Shown one piece after another: positions 1-7,229 of a stretch of 11,872 bases of DNA. Position 1 is the stretch's first letter. Every line of letters starts with the position of its first letter. The position numbers were made by a program, and so were the translations under genes. Source of the DNA: Myxococcales bacterium (GTDB lineage: Bacteria > Myxococcota_A > UBA9042 > JABWCM01 > BTVJ01); NCBI GenBank assembly GCA_045863395.1, contig BTVJ01000141.1, forward strand, positions 1-11,872, written 5' to 3'. Under the pieces are notes generated by a model, which did no database searches, was not told the origin of the DNA, and saw only the letters and a list, made by a program, of their open reading frames with translations.

Positions 1-7
1 AACGAAG

Positions 8-628
8 CTACTGGGCGCCCGCGCCACCCTCGGGAGCTGCGCCACCCTCGGGAGCTGCGCCACCCTCGGGAGCTGCGCCACCCTCGGGAGCCGCGCCACC
101 CTCGGGAGCTGCGCCACCCTCGGGAGCCGCGCCACCCTCGGGAGCCGCGCCACCCTCGGGAGCCGCGCCGGCCGCCGCGCCGGCCTTCTGAGCCTCCTCC
201 AGCGCCGCCTTCATCTGGGCCTGGATGATCGTCTGCATGCAGGTGCTCACCGCCGTCTGGTCGGCGGCGTTGGCCAGGCAGCCGCGCGCGTCCTCCGGCC
301 AGGTCTCGCACTGGGTCTTGAAGGCCGCCAGCTCCTCATCCGACGGGTCCTTCTCGCCCATTGCCTTGCCGATCTTCTTCATGTTGGCAATGACGCCGTC
401 GCACGACGCCCCGCCACCGGCCTTGGCCTCATCGGCCTTGGGCTCGTCCTTCTTGGCTTCGTCGGCCTTGGCCTCGTCCTTCTTGGCCTCGTCCTTCTTG
501 GCCTCGTCCTTCTTGGCCGTCGCCCCCGGCTTGTCCTTGCCGGCAGCCTCGTCCTTCTTGCACCCGGCGCCAGCGCCCACCGCCAGCACCAGGAGCCCCA
601 TCACCATTCCACGTACCAACAGCTTCAT
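8..628 (-). CDS. Small lipoprotein: signal peptide/lipobox, (KKDEA)n charged linker, 4-Cys helical domain, (AAPEGG)8 tail
   Basis: ATG at 628 with a strong SD (AAGGAGGA, 634-641 minus strand). MKLLVRG is followed by a hydrophobic stretch and AGAG-C-KK, consistent with a lipoprotein signal. The repeats are in frame and a TAG stop lies at 8-10. Confidence 0.88.
   Translation of the reverse strand: MKLLVRGMVMGLLVLAVGAGAGCKKDEAAGKDKPGATAKKDEAKKDEAKKDEAKADEAKKDEPKADEAKAGGGASCDGVIANMKKIGKAMGEKDPSDEELAAFKTQCETWPEDARGCLANAADQTAVSTCMQTIIQAQMKAALEEAQKAGAAAGAAPEGGAAPEGGAAPEGGAAPEGGAAPEGGAAPEGGAAPEGGAAPEGGAGAQ
21..169. repeat. 18-bp tandem repeat, 8 full copies plus 5 bp (GCGCCACCCTCGGGAGC[T/C]), encoding AAPEGG on the minus strand
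   Basis: Units start at 21, 39, 57, 75, 93, 111, 129 and 147. They differ only at the last base (T,T,T,C,T,C,C,C), a synonymous position. Confidence 0.97.
425..514. repeat. 15-bp tandem repeat, 6 units (consensus GGCCTCGTCCTTCTT), encoding K(K/A)DE(A/P)
   Basis: Three perfect copies at 470-514 and three variant copies at 425-469, plus one detached copy at 545-559. Confidence 0.93.
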
Positions 629-633
629 GAGAG

Positions 634-641
634 TCCTCCTT
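634..641 (-). promoter_or_regulatory. Shine-Dalgarno site for the 8-628 gene
   Basis: The reverse complement reads AAGGAGGA, 5 nt before the ATG at 628. Confidence 0.85.
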
Positions 642-657
642 CAAGGGTCGACGCGCG

Positions 658-686
658 ACCATAGCACCGATCAAACTGCGCTGGAA
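658..686 (-). promoter_or_regulatory. Putative extended -10 sigma70-type promoter for the 8-628 gene
   Basis: The minus strand reads TTCCAG-N17-TATGGT with TGn directly before the -10 (TGCTATGGT). The -35 match is poor. Confidence 0.4.
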
Positions 687-756
687 GAGCGCACTTCGGA
701 GCGGTTACCATCGGGGAGCGTGTCGCAGCGTCCGCGTTCTCTCCCTCCCGCCCTGC

Positions 757-785
757 TTGCGCCGCATGCGGCCGTTCGCTACCTT
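757..785 (+). promoter_or_regulatory. Putative sigma70-type promoter for the plus-strand gene run
   Basis: TTGCGC (757-762)-N17-TACCTT (780-785), about 50 nt upstream of the ATG at 837. A perfect palindrome GCCGCATGCGGC lies at 761-772. Confidence 0.4.
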
Positions 786-836
786 CGCAGGGTGCCCGCC
801 CGGGCAGCGCCTGGACCTCCACTGGCAGGGAGCCCC

Positions 837-1697
837 ATGACCCTCACGCTGCGTCGCCCTCGTTCAGCCGTGGCCCTCACGTGCCTCGCCCTGTACATGG
901 CCTGCACCGACGTCGTGACGACAGGCGGCCAGGACGGGGGCGGCACGTCGTCTCCCTATGACACCGGTCCTGCTGGGGGCGTCCCGGATGCGGGCACGAA
1001 GGACACGGGACCCGCCGGAGTTGCGGACGTCGGTTCGGCGGACACCGGCGCAGCCGACGCCGCGAGCAGCGACGCCGACCCGGACACCGCGGCAGTGCTC
1101 GATGTGCCGATGGGTCCGGACGTCTCCGACGACGCGGACACGCTCCCGACGACCGCCTGCGAGGACCTCGAGGCCGACTACGCCGCCGCCCTCACCCTCG
1201 CAAAGACCTGTACAGCCGACGCGGACTGTGCGCTCCGCCGCCCCACGGACCCGGCGGGCTGCACCTGCGATGCCTGGGTGGTGTCGGCGGCCACCCTGGA
1301 CGACATCGCGGACGACTACGCCCTGGCCTCTTGCGTCACCTGCGACCCGCCGGGGGCCTGCCCCGCCCTCGGGAACGCTCGTTGTATCGGGGGCCAGTGC
1401 GTTGCTTCCGCAACCCCGGTGAACTGCACGACCCTGGCCGACAAGTACAAGGGCGAGGTCAGCAAGGCCAAGGCCTGCACCACCTCCGAGGAGTGCCGCG
1501 TGCTCGTCGACAGCGTACTCACGTGCGGGTGCCCGGTGTACGTGAACGAGACGTATGACGCCACGCTGATGACGTCCCTCTCCAATCAGTACCACAGCGC
1601 GCAGTGTCCGCCCGGGGAGGGCTGCGCCGCCTGCGGCGAGCCGCTGGTCGGCGTCTGCACCGGCGGCAAGTGCGCGACGAAGACCAAGGCCCCGTGA
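837..1697 (+). CDS. Putative lipoprotein (286 aa) with an acidic D-x-G low-complexity linker and two tandem 10-Cys modules
   Basis: The start was re-assigned from the track's 225 to the in-frame ATG at 837, which has GGGAG just upstream. MTLTLRRPRSAVALTCLALYMA-C is signal-like with a non-canonical lipobox. It is followed by a DTG/DAG/DVG-rich linker and two homologous Cys-rich modules (1158-1400 and 1425-1673). Confidence 0.82.
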   Translation: MTLTLRRPRSAVALTCLALYMACTDVVTTGGQDGGGTSSPYDTGPAGGVPDAGTKDTGPAGVADVGSADTGAADAASSDADPDTAAVLDVPMGPDVSDDADTLPTTACEDLEADYAAALTLAKTCTADADCALRRPTDPAGCTCDAWVVSAATLDDIADDYALASCVTCDPPGACPALGNARCIGGQCVASATPVNCTTLADKYKGEVSKAKACTTSEECRVLVDSVLTCGCPVYVNETYDATLMTSLSNQYHSAQCPPGEGCAACGEPLVGVCTGGKCATKTKAP

Positions 1698-1703
1698 GCG
1701 CCC

Positions 1704-3212
1704 ATGAGCACGCCACAGACCCGCGTGGTGAGCGATATCGGCGCCTGCATGGTCGCCGCGTTTCGTGAAGCGCGCGCAGCGGTCGCGTTCCTGCGTTGTG
1801 ACGATGAGCAGGCCCGCCAGGAGGCGCTCGCGGCGCTGACCCGTCACCGCTCGACCGTGATCTGGCGTGTCGTGGACCTGGCCGGGAGCCCTGGCTCGCC
1901 CCAGCGGGCCCTCGCGGATGCCTCCCAGGGAGAGACCCCCACCATCGTCGTCGTCCGGGACGTCGACGCCGAGGTCATCCAGCGCCTCGCAGCCGAGCGC
2001 GACGCCTACGACCAGGCGCTCACCCGCGCCATCTTCTTCATCACCCCGAAGGACATGCGCACCTTCGCGCAGAAGTGCCCGGCCTTCTGGGAGCGGCGGG
2101 ACCTGTTCACCGCCTGGCCCATCGACGAGGAGCAGCGCGCTGCGGAGGCGCGCGCCCGGGTCATCGAGGCCGAGCGTCGCCCGCGGGAACGCCAGACGGC
2201 CTCGCGCGTGACCACGCCGGAACAGGCGACCGCCCTGTTCCAGAAGGCTCGCGGGGCCTTCTACACGTCGAGCGAGGGCGCCGAGAAGTCACTGATGGCC
2301 TCCATCGAGCCTCTCAAGGCCCACCACATGCTCGCCGAGATCGCGGAGACCTACGAGCTCCTGGGCGTCTTGACCGAGCGGCGCAACGACTGGCGCGCCG
2401 CCGAGGCCTGGTACGAGCAGGCGCTGGTCCAGTGGAAGGCGGTGGACGACGCCCGTGGAATGGGAAGCGTGCTCGGGCGCATCGGGTCCATCCGCTTCCG
2501 CCTCGATGACGCCGAGGGCGCGCGGCGCTACCTGACCCAGTCGCTCCAGCAGGAGGAGCGGGCCGGCGACGGGCGGCGCATCAGCGACGCGCTTCGCCGC
2601 CTCGCCATGGTCCGCGAGCGCGAGGGCGCGCTGAAGGACGCGGCCACGCTGTTCGACAGGGCGCTCAAGACGGTCGAGCCGCTCAACGACGACGCGCGCC
2701 TGTCCCACTGCCTCCAGCACCTCGGCCGCATGAAGGAGCGCCTCGGGCTGACCGACGACGCCCTCGCCCTCTACGAGCGCTCCTACCGCCTGAAGCTCGC
2801 CCTGGGAGACCACGCGGGCATGGCGACGTCCCTGCACCAGATGGGCAACGTCTACTTCCAGAAAGCCCAGTACGAGCAGGCGGTGCGATGCTACCGGCAG
2901 GCCATCGGGCGGGAGCACAAGGCCGGCGACGAGCGAGGCATGGCGTCCACCCTCGTCCAGCTCGGACTCATGCTGGAGCAGCGCTTCGACTACGAGGAGG
3001 GGCTCCGGTGCCTGCTGCGCGCAGTCCCCCTCCTGCGGAAGCTGCGGTCCGGCGTGCTCGCAGAGGTAGAGACCCACATCGCGAAGTGTCGAGGGATGGT
3101 CCCCGACCACGTGATCCAGTACATCGAGGAGGACGTCGCGCGGGGGGCGCGCGACGCCACGGCCGCGGAGCAGGCGCTGATCGCCAACGACGCCCAGCTT
3201 CGATTTGTCTGA
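1704..3212 (+). CDS. Tetratricopeptide-repeat protein with an N-terminal alpha/beta domain, probably a degenerate P-loop NTPase
   Basis: Several ~40-aa TPR units of the 'GDxxGMAxxLxQxG...A...Y..AL' type, e.g. GDHAGMATSLHQMGNVYFQKAQYEQAVRCYRQAI and GDERGMASTLVQLG. There is no signal peptide. It starts 6 nt after the upstream stop. Confidence 0.88.
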   Translation: MSTPQTRVVSDIGACMVAAFREARAAVAFLRCDDEQARQEALAALTRHRSTVIWRVVDLAGSPGSPQRALADASQGETPTIVVVRDVDAEVIQRLAAERDAYDQALTRAIFFITPKDMRTFAQKCPAFWERRDLFTAWPIDEEQRAAEARARVIEAERRPRERQTASRVTTPEQATALFQKARGAFYTSSEGAEKSLMASIEPLKAHHMLAEIAETYELLGVLTERRNDWRAAEAWYEQALVQWKAVDDARGMGSVLGRIGSIRFRLDDAEGARRYLTQSLQQEERAGDGRRISDALRRLAMVREREGALKDAATLFDRALKTVEPLNDDARLSHCLQHLGRMKERLGLTDDALALYERSYRLKLALGDHAGMATSLHQMGNVYFQKAQYEQAVRCYRQAIGREHKAGDERGMASTLVQLGLMLEQRFDYEEGLRCLLRAVPLLRKLRSGVLAEVETHIAKCRGMVPDHVIQYIEEDVARGARDATAAEQALIANDAQLRFV

Positions 3213-6108
3213 GCTGTCGCCAGGATCTGCCCGGTGGCGCTTTGCCGCGTCGCTGGCCCTCGCCTGCGCATTGTGGTCGTCCGTCGTGCGGGCCGGGTCG
3301 GACCCCGACCAGGTCTGGGCGAGCATCGCGACCCCCCACTTCGACGTCCACTATCACGACGGGGGCCGGGACGCGGCGCTGCGTGCTGCGGCCATCGCGG
3401 AGGAGGCCCTGGCCACCCTGGCGCCGGTGCTGGGCTGGACCCCCCGCGAGCGGATCCAGGTCGTGCTGCGTGACGAGTCGGATGGCGCCAACGGCTTTGC
3501 CAGCGCGGCCGGCTACAACCGCCTGACGCTGCTCGCGACCCCGCCGGAGGCCGACGCCGAGCTCGGAAACTACGACGACTGGCTCCACCTGCTGATCACC
3601 CACGAGCTGACTCACGTGCTGCACCTCGACAACGTCGGAGGCGCCCCGGCGGTGATCAACGACGTGTTCGGGAAGGTCCTGCTTCCGAACCAGGCGACGC
3701 CCAACTGGTTCATCGAGGGGCTCGCCACCTGGGCCGAGAGCGCCTTCACCCCCGCCGGCAGGGTGGGCGACGCCTGGTTCGAGATGTACATCCGCACGTC
3801 GGTCCTCGCGGGCGAGCCCCTCGACCTCTCCGAGATGACGGCCCCGCCCGCCCGCCTGCCCCGGGCCACCTCCTGGTACGCGTATGGGGGAGCCTTCGTC
3901 ACCTTCATCGTGCGTGAGAAGGGGGTCGACGCCCTCCGGGAGATGCTCCGACTGTACGGGCGCCGGCTCATCCCCTACGCCCTCAACTCCGTGGCCCGGG
4001 AGGCCCTCGGCGAGAGCATGGTCGACCTGTACGAGCGATGGATGGCCGAGCTTCGGGAGCAGTACGCTGCGTTTGAGCGTGCTCGGCGCGCGCAGGGCCT
4101 GCTGGGGGGAGAGCGAGTCACGTCGTCGGGCGAGTTCAACGGCAACATCGCGTTTCGCCCTGGGACCAACCAGCTCGCCTACGTGGTGTCCGACGGCCGC
4201 TCCCGGAGCCACATGCGCCTGCGCGACCTGGACACCGGGAAGGAGACCCGCATCCTCACCTGCTACGGGGGCTGCGGCCGCCCGACGTTCTCCCCGGATG
4301 GCCAGACCCTCTACTACTCCCGCGCCGACATCACCAAGACCGTCTACCGGTTCCGCGACCTCGCGCGGCTCGATCTGGCCACGGGGCACGTGGAGCGCGT
4401 CACGCGGGGCCGACGCCTGCGTGACCCGGACCTGGCGCCGGATGGCCGCACCCTGGCGTTCGTCACGACGAGCTGGGGCCTCACCGAGCTGCGCACCATG
4501 GACCTGGAGACCGGGGAGGAGCGCCTGCTGCTCGACGGGAGCGGACACCGGCAGCCGTCGACCCCCCGGTGGTCGCCGGACGGTCGCGGGCTGGCGCTCT
4601 CCATGCAGGTGGAAGGCGTGCGCGACCTGTGGTGGCTCGACGTGGAGACCGGCCAGCTTCGGCGCCTGACGACGGATCTGCCGCGCGCCGTGAACCCCAG
4701 CTTCACACCCGACGGCGCCTTCATCCTCTATGCGTCCAGCGACGAGGCCGTGTGGGATCTCTTCGCGGTGCGCCTCGCGGACGGCCAGCGCTTCCGGGTC
4801 ACGCGGGTGCTGACCGGCGCTCTCCAGCCCGAGGCGGACCCGCGTGGGCGGTCCATCTGGTTTCGGAGCTGGTCGGTGGACGGCTGGGACCTCGCGCGCA
4901 TGGACCTGGACCCGGCCGCCTGGGAGCCTCTGGATGACGGCGGGGTCGACGCGGACGCCCTCGCCGCGCGGCGGTACGGGGCCCCCGAGCCCCAAGTCGA
5001 GGAGGAGGGGGCCTACGACCCCTCGTGGACCCTGTGGCCGCGGTCGTGGCTCCCGGACATCACGTTCCTGAGCGGTGACGGGGTGACCCTCGGGCTCTCC
5101 CTTGGCGGCGCGGACGTCGTCGGGCACCACGCCTGGTCCCTGTCCGCCCAGTGGTCCCTCGACGACGTCCGGCCGGCGGTCGTCGCCGCCTACAGCAACG
5201 AGCGCTTCCTCCCGAGCATCGGGGTCTCCGGCGCGTGGCTCCGTCACGACAAGCTGGCCTTCGACGGCGCCGACTACGTGATCTACGAAGAGGAGCTCCT
5301 GCTCGCGTCCCTGGGTCTCGGCCTGCCGTTCCCGGGCCTCGACGAGTCCCTGTCCCTGTCCTTCCGCTTCGACGTCCAGCACGCGCGGCCCGTCGAGATG
5401 CCTCCCTCCCGCGCGGAGCCCGACGGCGTGCGGCACCGCCTCCCAAGCGCCCGCACCGACCTGGGAATCACCACCGCGTGGTCCTACGACAACTCGGAGA
5501 CCTACACCCTCTCCGTGGTGCCCGAGCTGGGGCGCCGCCTGTCCTCGTCCTTCACCCTGCGGCCGCCCCTGGCCGACGGCGACCCCATGCCTTGGGCCCT
5601 GCGCTGGTCCTGGACCGAGTACCTCCCCGCGCTCTGGGTGGATCACCACGTGTGGGCGCTGCGGGTGCAGGGCGGGGTCTCCGGTGGTGCGGGGCGCCAG
5701 AGCTTCAGCCTGGGGGGCATCCCGGAGCGGGACCTGGTCGACGACATCCTCAATCAGCAGGGCATCGGAGGCGCACAGCTCCGCGGGTTCGCGCCCGGTG
5801 CGCTGAGCGGGGATCAGTTCCACCTCCTCAACGGCGAGTACGTCTTCCCGATCGCCTACGTCCACCGGGGCCTCGGCACCCTCCCGCTGTACCTGGGGCG
5901 CGTCTATGGGCTCGTGTTCGCCGACGTGGGGACGGCGACCCGCGGCGCGCTGACGGACGCGCTCTGGAGCGCCGGCGTGGGGGCCGAGGTGCGGGCGACG
6001 TTCGACCTGTTCTATGGGAGCGCTCTCACCCTGCGGCTCGGCTTCGGGCAGGGAGTGACCGAGGGCGGGGAGAGCCAGGTGTACTTCGTCTCGGGCGGCG
6101 GTTTCTGA
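3205..6108 (+). CDS. Omp85/BamA-superfamily outer-membrane protein with an N-terminal gluzincin-type (HExxH) peptidase domain and a TolB/PD40-like beta-propeller (WD40-Omp85 type)
   Basis: Signal peptide; HELTH (3601-3615) followed by PNWFIEGLA (3700-3726). PD40-like repeats include PTFSPDGQTLYY, PDLAPDGRTLAF, PRWSPDGRGLAL and PSFTPDGAFILY. The C-terminal amphipathic strands carry the Omp85 loop-6 motif LRGF (5779-5790) and FADVG (5917-5931), ending in YFVSGGGF. The TTG start overlaps the upstream gene by 8 bp. Confidence 0.88.
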   Translation: MSELSPGSARWRFAASLALACALWSSVVRAGSDPDQVWASIATPHFDVHYHDGGRDAALRAAAIAEEALATLAPVLGWTPRERIQVVLRDESDGANGFASAAGYNRLTLLATPPEADAELGNYDDWLHLLITHELTHVLHLDNVGGAPAVINDVFGKVLLPNQATPNWFIEGLATWAESAFTPAGRVGDAWFEMYIRTSVLAGEPLDLSEMTAPPARLPRATSWYAYGGAFVTFIVREKGVDALREMLRLYGRRLIPYALNSVAREALGESMVDLYERWMAELREQYAAFERARRAQGLLGGERVTSSGEFNGNIAFRPGTNQLAYVVSDGRSRSHMRLRDLDTGKETRILTCYGGCGRPTFSPDGQTLYYSRADITKTVYRFRDLARLDLATGHVERVTRGRRLRDPDLAPDGRTLAFVTTSWGLTELRTMDLETGEERLLLDGSGHRQPSTPRWSPDGRGLALSMQVEGVRDLWWLDVETGQLRRLTTDLPRAVNPSFTPDGAFILYASSDEAVWDLFAVRLADGQRFRVTRVLTGALQPEADPRGRSIWFRSWSVDGWDLARMDLDPAAWEPLDDGGVDADALAARRYGAPEPQVEEEGAYDPSWTLWPRSWLPDITFLSGDGVTLGLSLGGADVVGHHAWSLSAQWSLDDVRPAVVAAYSNERFLPSIGVSGAWLRHDKLAFDGADYVIYEEELLLASLGLGLPFPGLDESLSLSFRFDVQHARPVEMPPSRAEPDGVRHRLPSARTDLGITTAWSYDNSETYTLSVVPELGRRLSSSFTLRPPLADGDPMPWALRWSWTEYLPALWVDHHVWALRVQGGVSGGAGRQSFSLGGIPERDLVDDILNQQGIGGAQLRGFAPGALSGDQFHLLNGEYVFPIAYVHRGLGTLPLYLGRVYGLVFADVGTATRGALTDALWSAGVGAEVRATFDLFYGSALTLRLGFGQGVTEGGESQVYFVSGGGF

Positions 6109-6167
6109 GCCGGGGGGCGCCCGCTCGCCGTCGTGCATCAAATGCTTGCGACAGGCCGGGTTCGCGG

Positions 6168-6197
6168 TTGACACCGCTTCCGGCGCTGCGTTACGAT
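6168..6197 (+). promoter_or_regulatory. sigma70-type promoter upstream of the PEGA gene
   Basis: A perfect TTGACA (6168-6173), an 18-bp spacer and TACGAT (6192-6197), in the 170-bp intergenic gap. Confidence 0.7.
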
Positions 6198-6265
6198 GCC
6201 GCGCAATTTGCCGGGATTTCCCGAGCTTGCGTGCAGCGAGCCGGGGCGCGCAGAGGACAGCAGGC

Positions 6266-6270
6266 GGAGG
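6266..6270 (+). promoter_or_regulatory. Shine-Dalgarno site for the PEGA gene
   Basis: GGAGG 8 nt before the ATG at 6279. Confidence 0.8.
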
Positions 6271-6278
6271 CCGTAACC

Positions 6279-7223
6279 ATGAGAGCACAGAGGAGGCGCA
6301 TCGTGGCGCTGGCCGCCCTTGCGCTGGCGCTGGCCGCGGGCGGGAGCGCGCTGGCGGCGTCCAAGATCGTGGTGTTGAAGGTCTCCGGCGATGCGCTGAG
6401 CGAGGCCGAGCGGGGCGCCCTGACCGACGCCCTGCGCAAGCAGGCGGAGGCGCGGCCCGCCTACCAGGCGATGCCGACCCCCCAGGCCGACCTCATCGAC
6501 CTCATGTTCGACGCGGAGTGCGTCGAGGCGGACAACGCCTGCCTGAAGGACATCGGCAAGTCCCTCGGGGCGGACGCGGTGCTCTTCGGCGAGGTGGCGG
6601 CCAAGGGCGGCGGTTACGAGCTCCGCGTCCGCGTCGTCGACGTGAAGACCGGGAAGCAGCTCAAGGAGTCGAGCAAGGCCGCGCCCGCGGCCTCGGGGCT
6701 CGCCGGCGTCGTCCCCGACCTCGCGACGGCGGCCCTCGGTGCCGCCCCCGCAGTCGCTGCGAAGCCCGTCCTGGTTGCGCTCACGGTCAAGACGGCGCCG
6801 GAGGGGGCGGACGTGTCGGTCAACGGGCAGCGCGTCGGCACCACCCCGCAGAGCTTCGAGGGCAAGCCGGGCGCATACACGGTCCGCATCACGAAGGAGG
6901 GCTTCCAGGAGGTCATCCGCAAGGTCGACCTGAAAGAGGGTGCGCCGGTGACGCTGGAGCTGACCCTCGAGAAGGTCCCCGAGACGCCCGTCGTGGTCAC
7001 CCCGCCCGTCACCGAGACCCCGCCCGTCGTGACGGAGGGCCCCGAGTTCTACGAGACCTGGTGGTTCTGGACCATCGTCGGCGCCGCCGCGGCCGGCACG
7101 ACCGTCGGGATCCTCGCGGGGACCGGCGCCTTCGACGCGGAGCCGGCGCCCGTCGGCAACGCGACCCTCCTCGTCGGGCAGCGCCCCGACCAGGACTTCC
7201 TGCTCCACCTCCAGAGGAAGTGA
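6279..7223 (+). CDS. PEGA-domain protein (314 aa): Sec signal, alpha/beta (TolB-N/CsgG-like) domain, PEGA domain, Pro/Thr/Val linker, C-terminal TM helix
   Basis: The start was re-assigned from the track's 5151 to the ATG at 6279, which has an SD. Signal peptide MRAQRRRIVALAALALALAAGGSALA. The PEGA-like segment is LTVKTAPEGADVSVNGQRVGTTP...PGAYTVRITKEGF...TLELTLEK (6780-6974). The membrane anchor is FYETWWFWTIVGAAAAGTTVGILAG. Confidence 0.87.
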   Translation: MRAQRRRIVALAALALALAAGGSALAASKIVVLKVSGDALSEAERGALTDALRKQAEARPAYQAMPTPQADLIDLMFDAECVEADNACLKDIGKSLGADAVLFGEVAAKGGGYELRVRVVDVKTGKQLKESSKAAPAASGLAGVVPDLATAALGAAPAVAAKPVLVALTVKTAPEGADVSVNGQRVGTTPQSFEGKPGAYTVRITKEGFQEVIRKVDLKEGAPVTLELTLEKVPETPVVVTPPVTETPPVVTEGPEFYETWWFWTIVGAAAAGTTVGILAGTGAFDAEPAPVGNATLLVGQRPDQDFLLHLQRK

Positions 7224-7229
7224 CCTGCG

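Noticed and set aside
21..169. Regular repeat as a possible CRISPR array
   Set aside because: The units are contiguous with no spacers, are 18 bp long, lie in frame within a CDS, and no cas genes are present.
225..836. N-terminal extension of the 225..1697 ORF
   Set aside because: It is the antisense of the 8-628 lipoprotein gene plus intergenic DNA. The ATG at 837 has an SD-like site and begins a signal peptide.
3205..6108. Calling the gene bamA, tamA or tolB
   Set aside because: No POTRA domains are recognisable and no typical bamA or tol-pal neighbours are present. The architecture is peptidase + propeller + barrel.
6107..6126. GC hairpin (GAGC...GCTC) after the Omp85 stop as an intrinsic terminator
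   Set aside because: The stem is short and imperfect and there is no following U-tract.
5151..6278. N-terminal extension of the 5151..7223 ORF
   Set aside because: An Arg/Pro-rich alternative frame inside the Omp85 gene. The start at 6279 has a promoter, an SD and a signal peptide.
2968..6288. 1106-aa minus-strand ORF
   Set aside because: Antisense shadow of the Omp85 gene, expected from high-GC codon bias. It has no recognisable motifs.
7050..7223. MYXO-CTERM or PEP-CTERM sorting signal on the PEGA protein
   Set aside because: It lacks the GC or PEP motif before the helix and the Arg cluster right after it. A ~30-aa tail follows instead.
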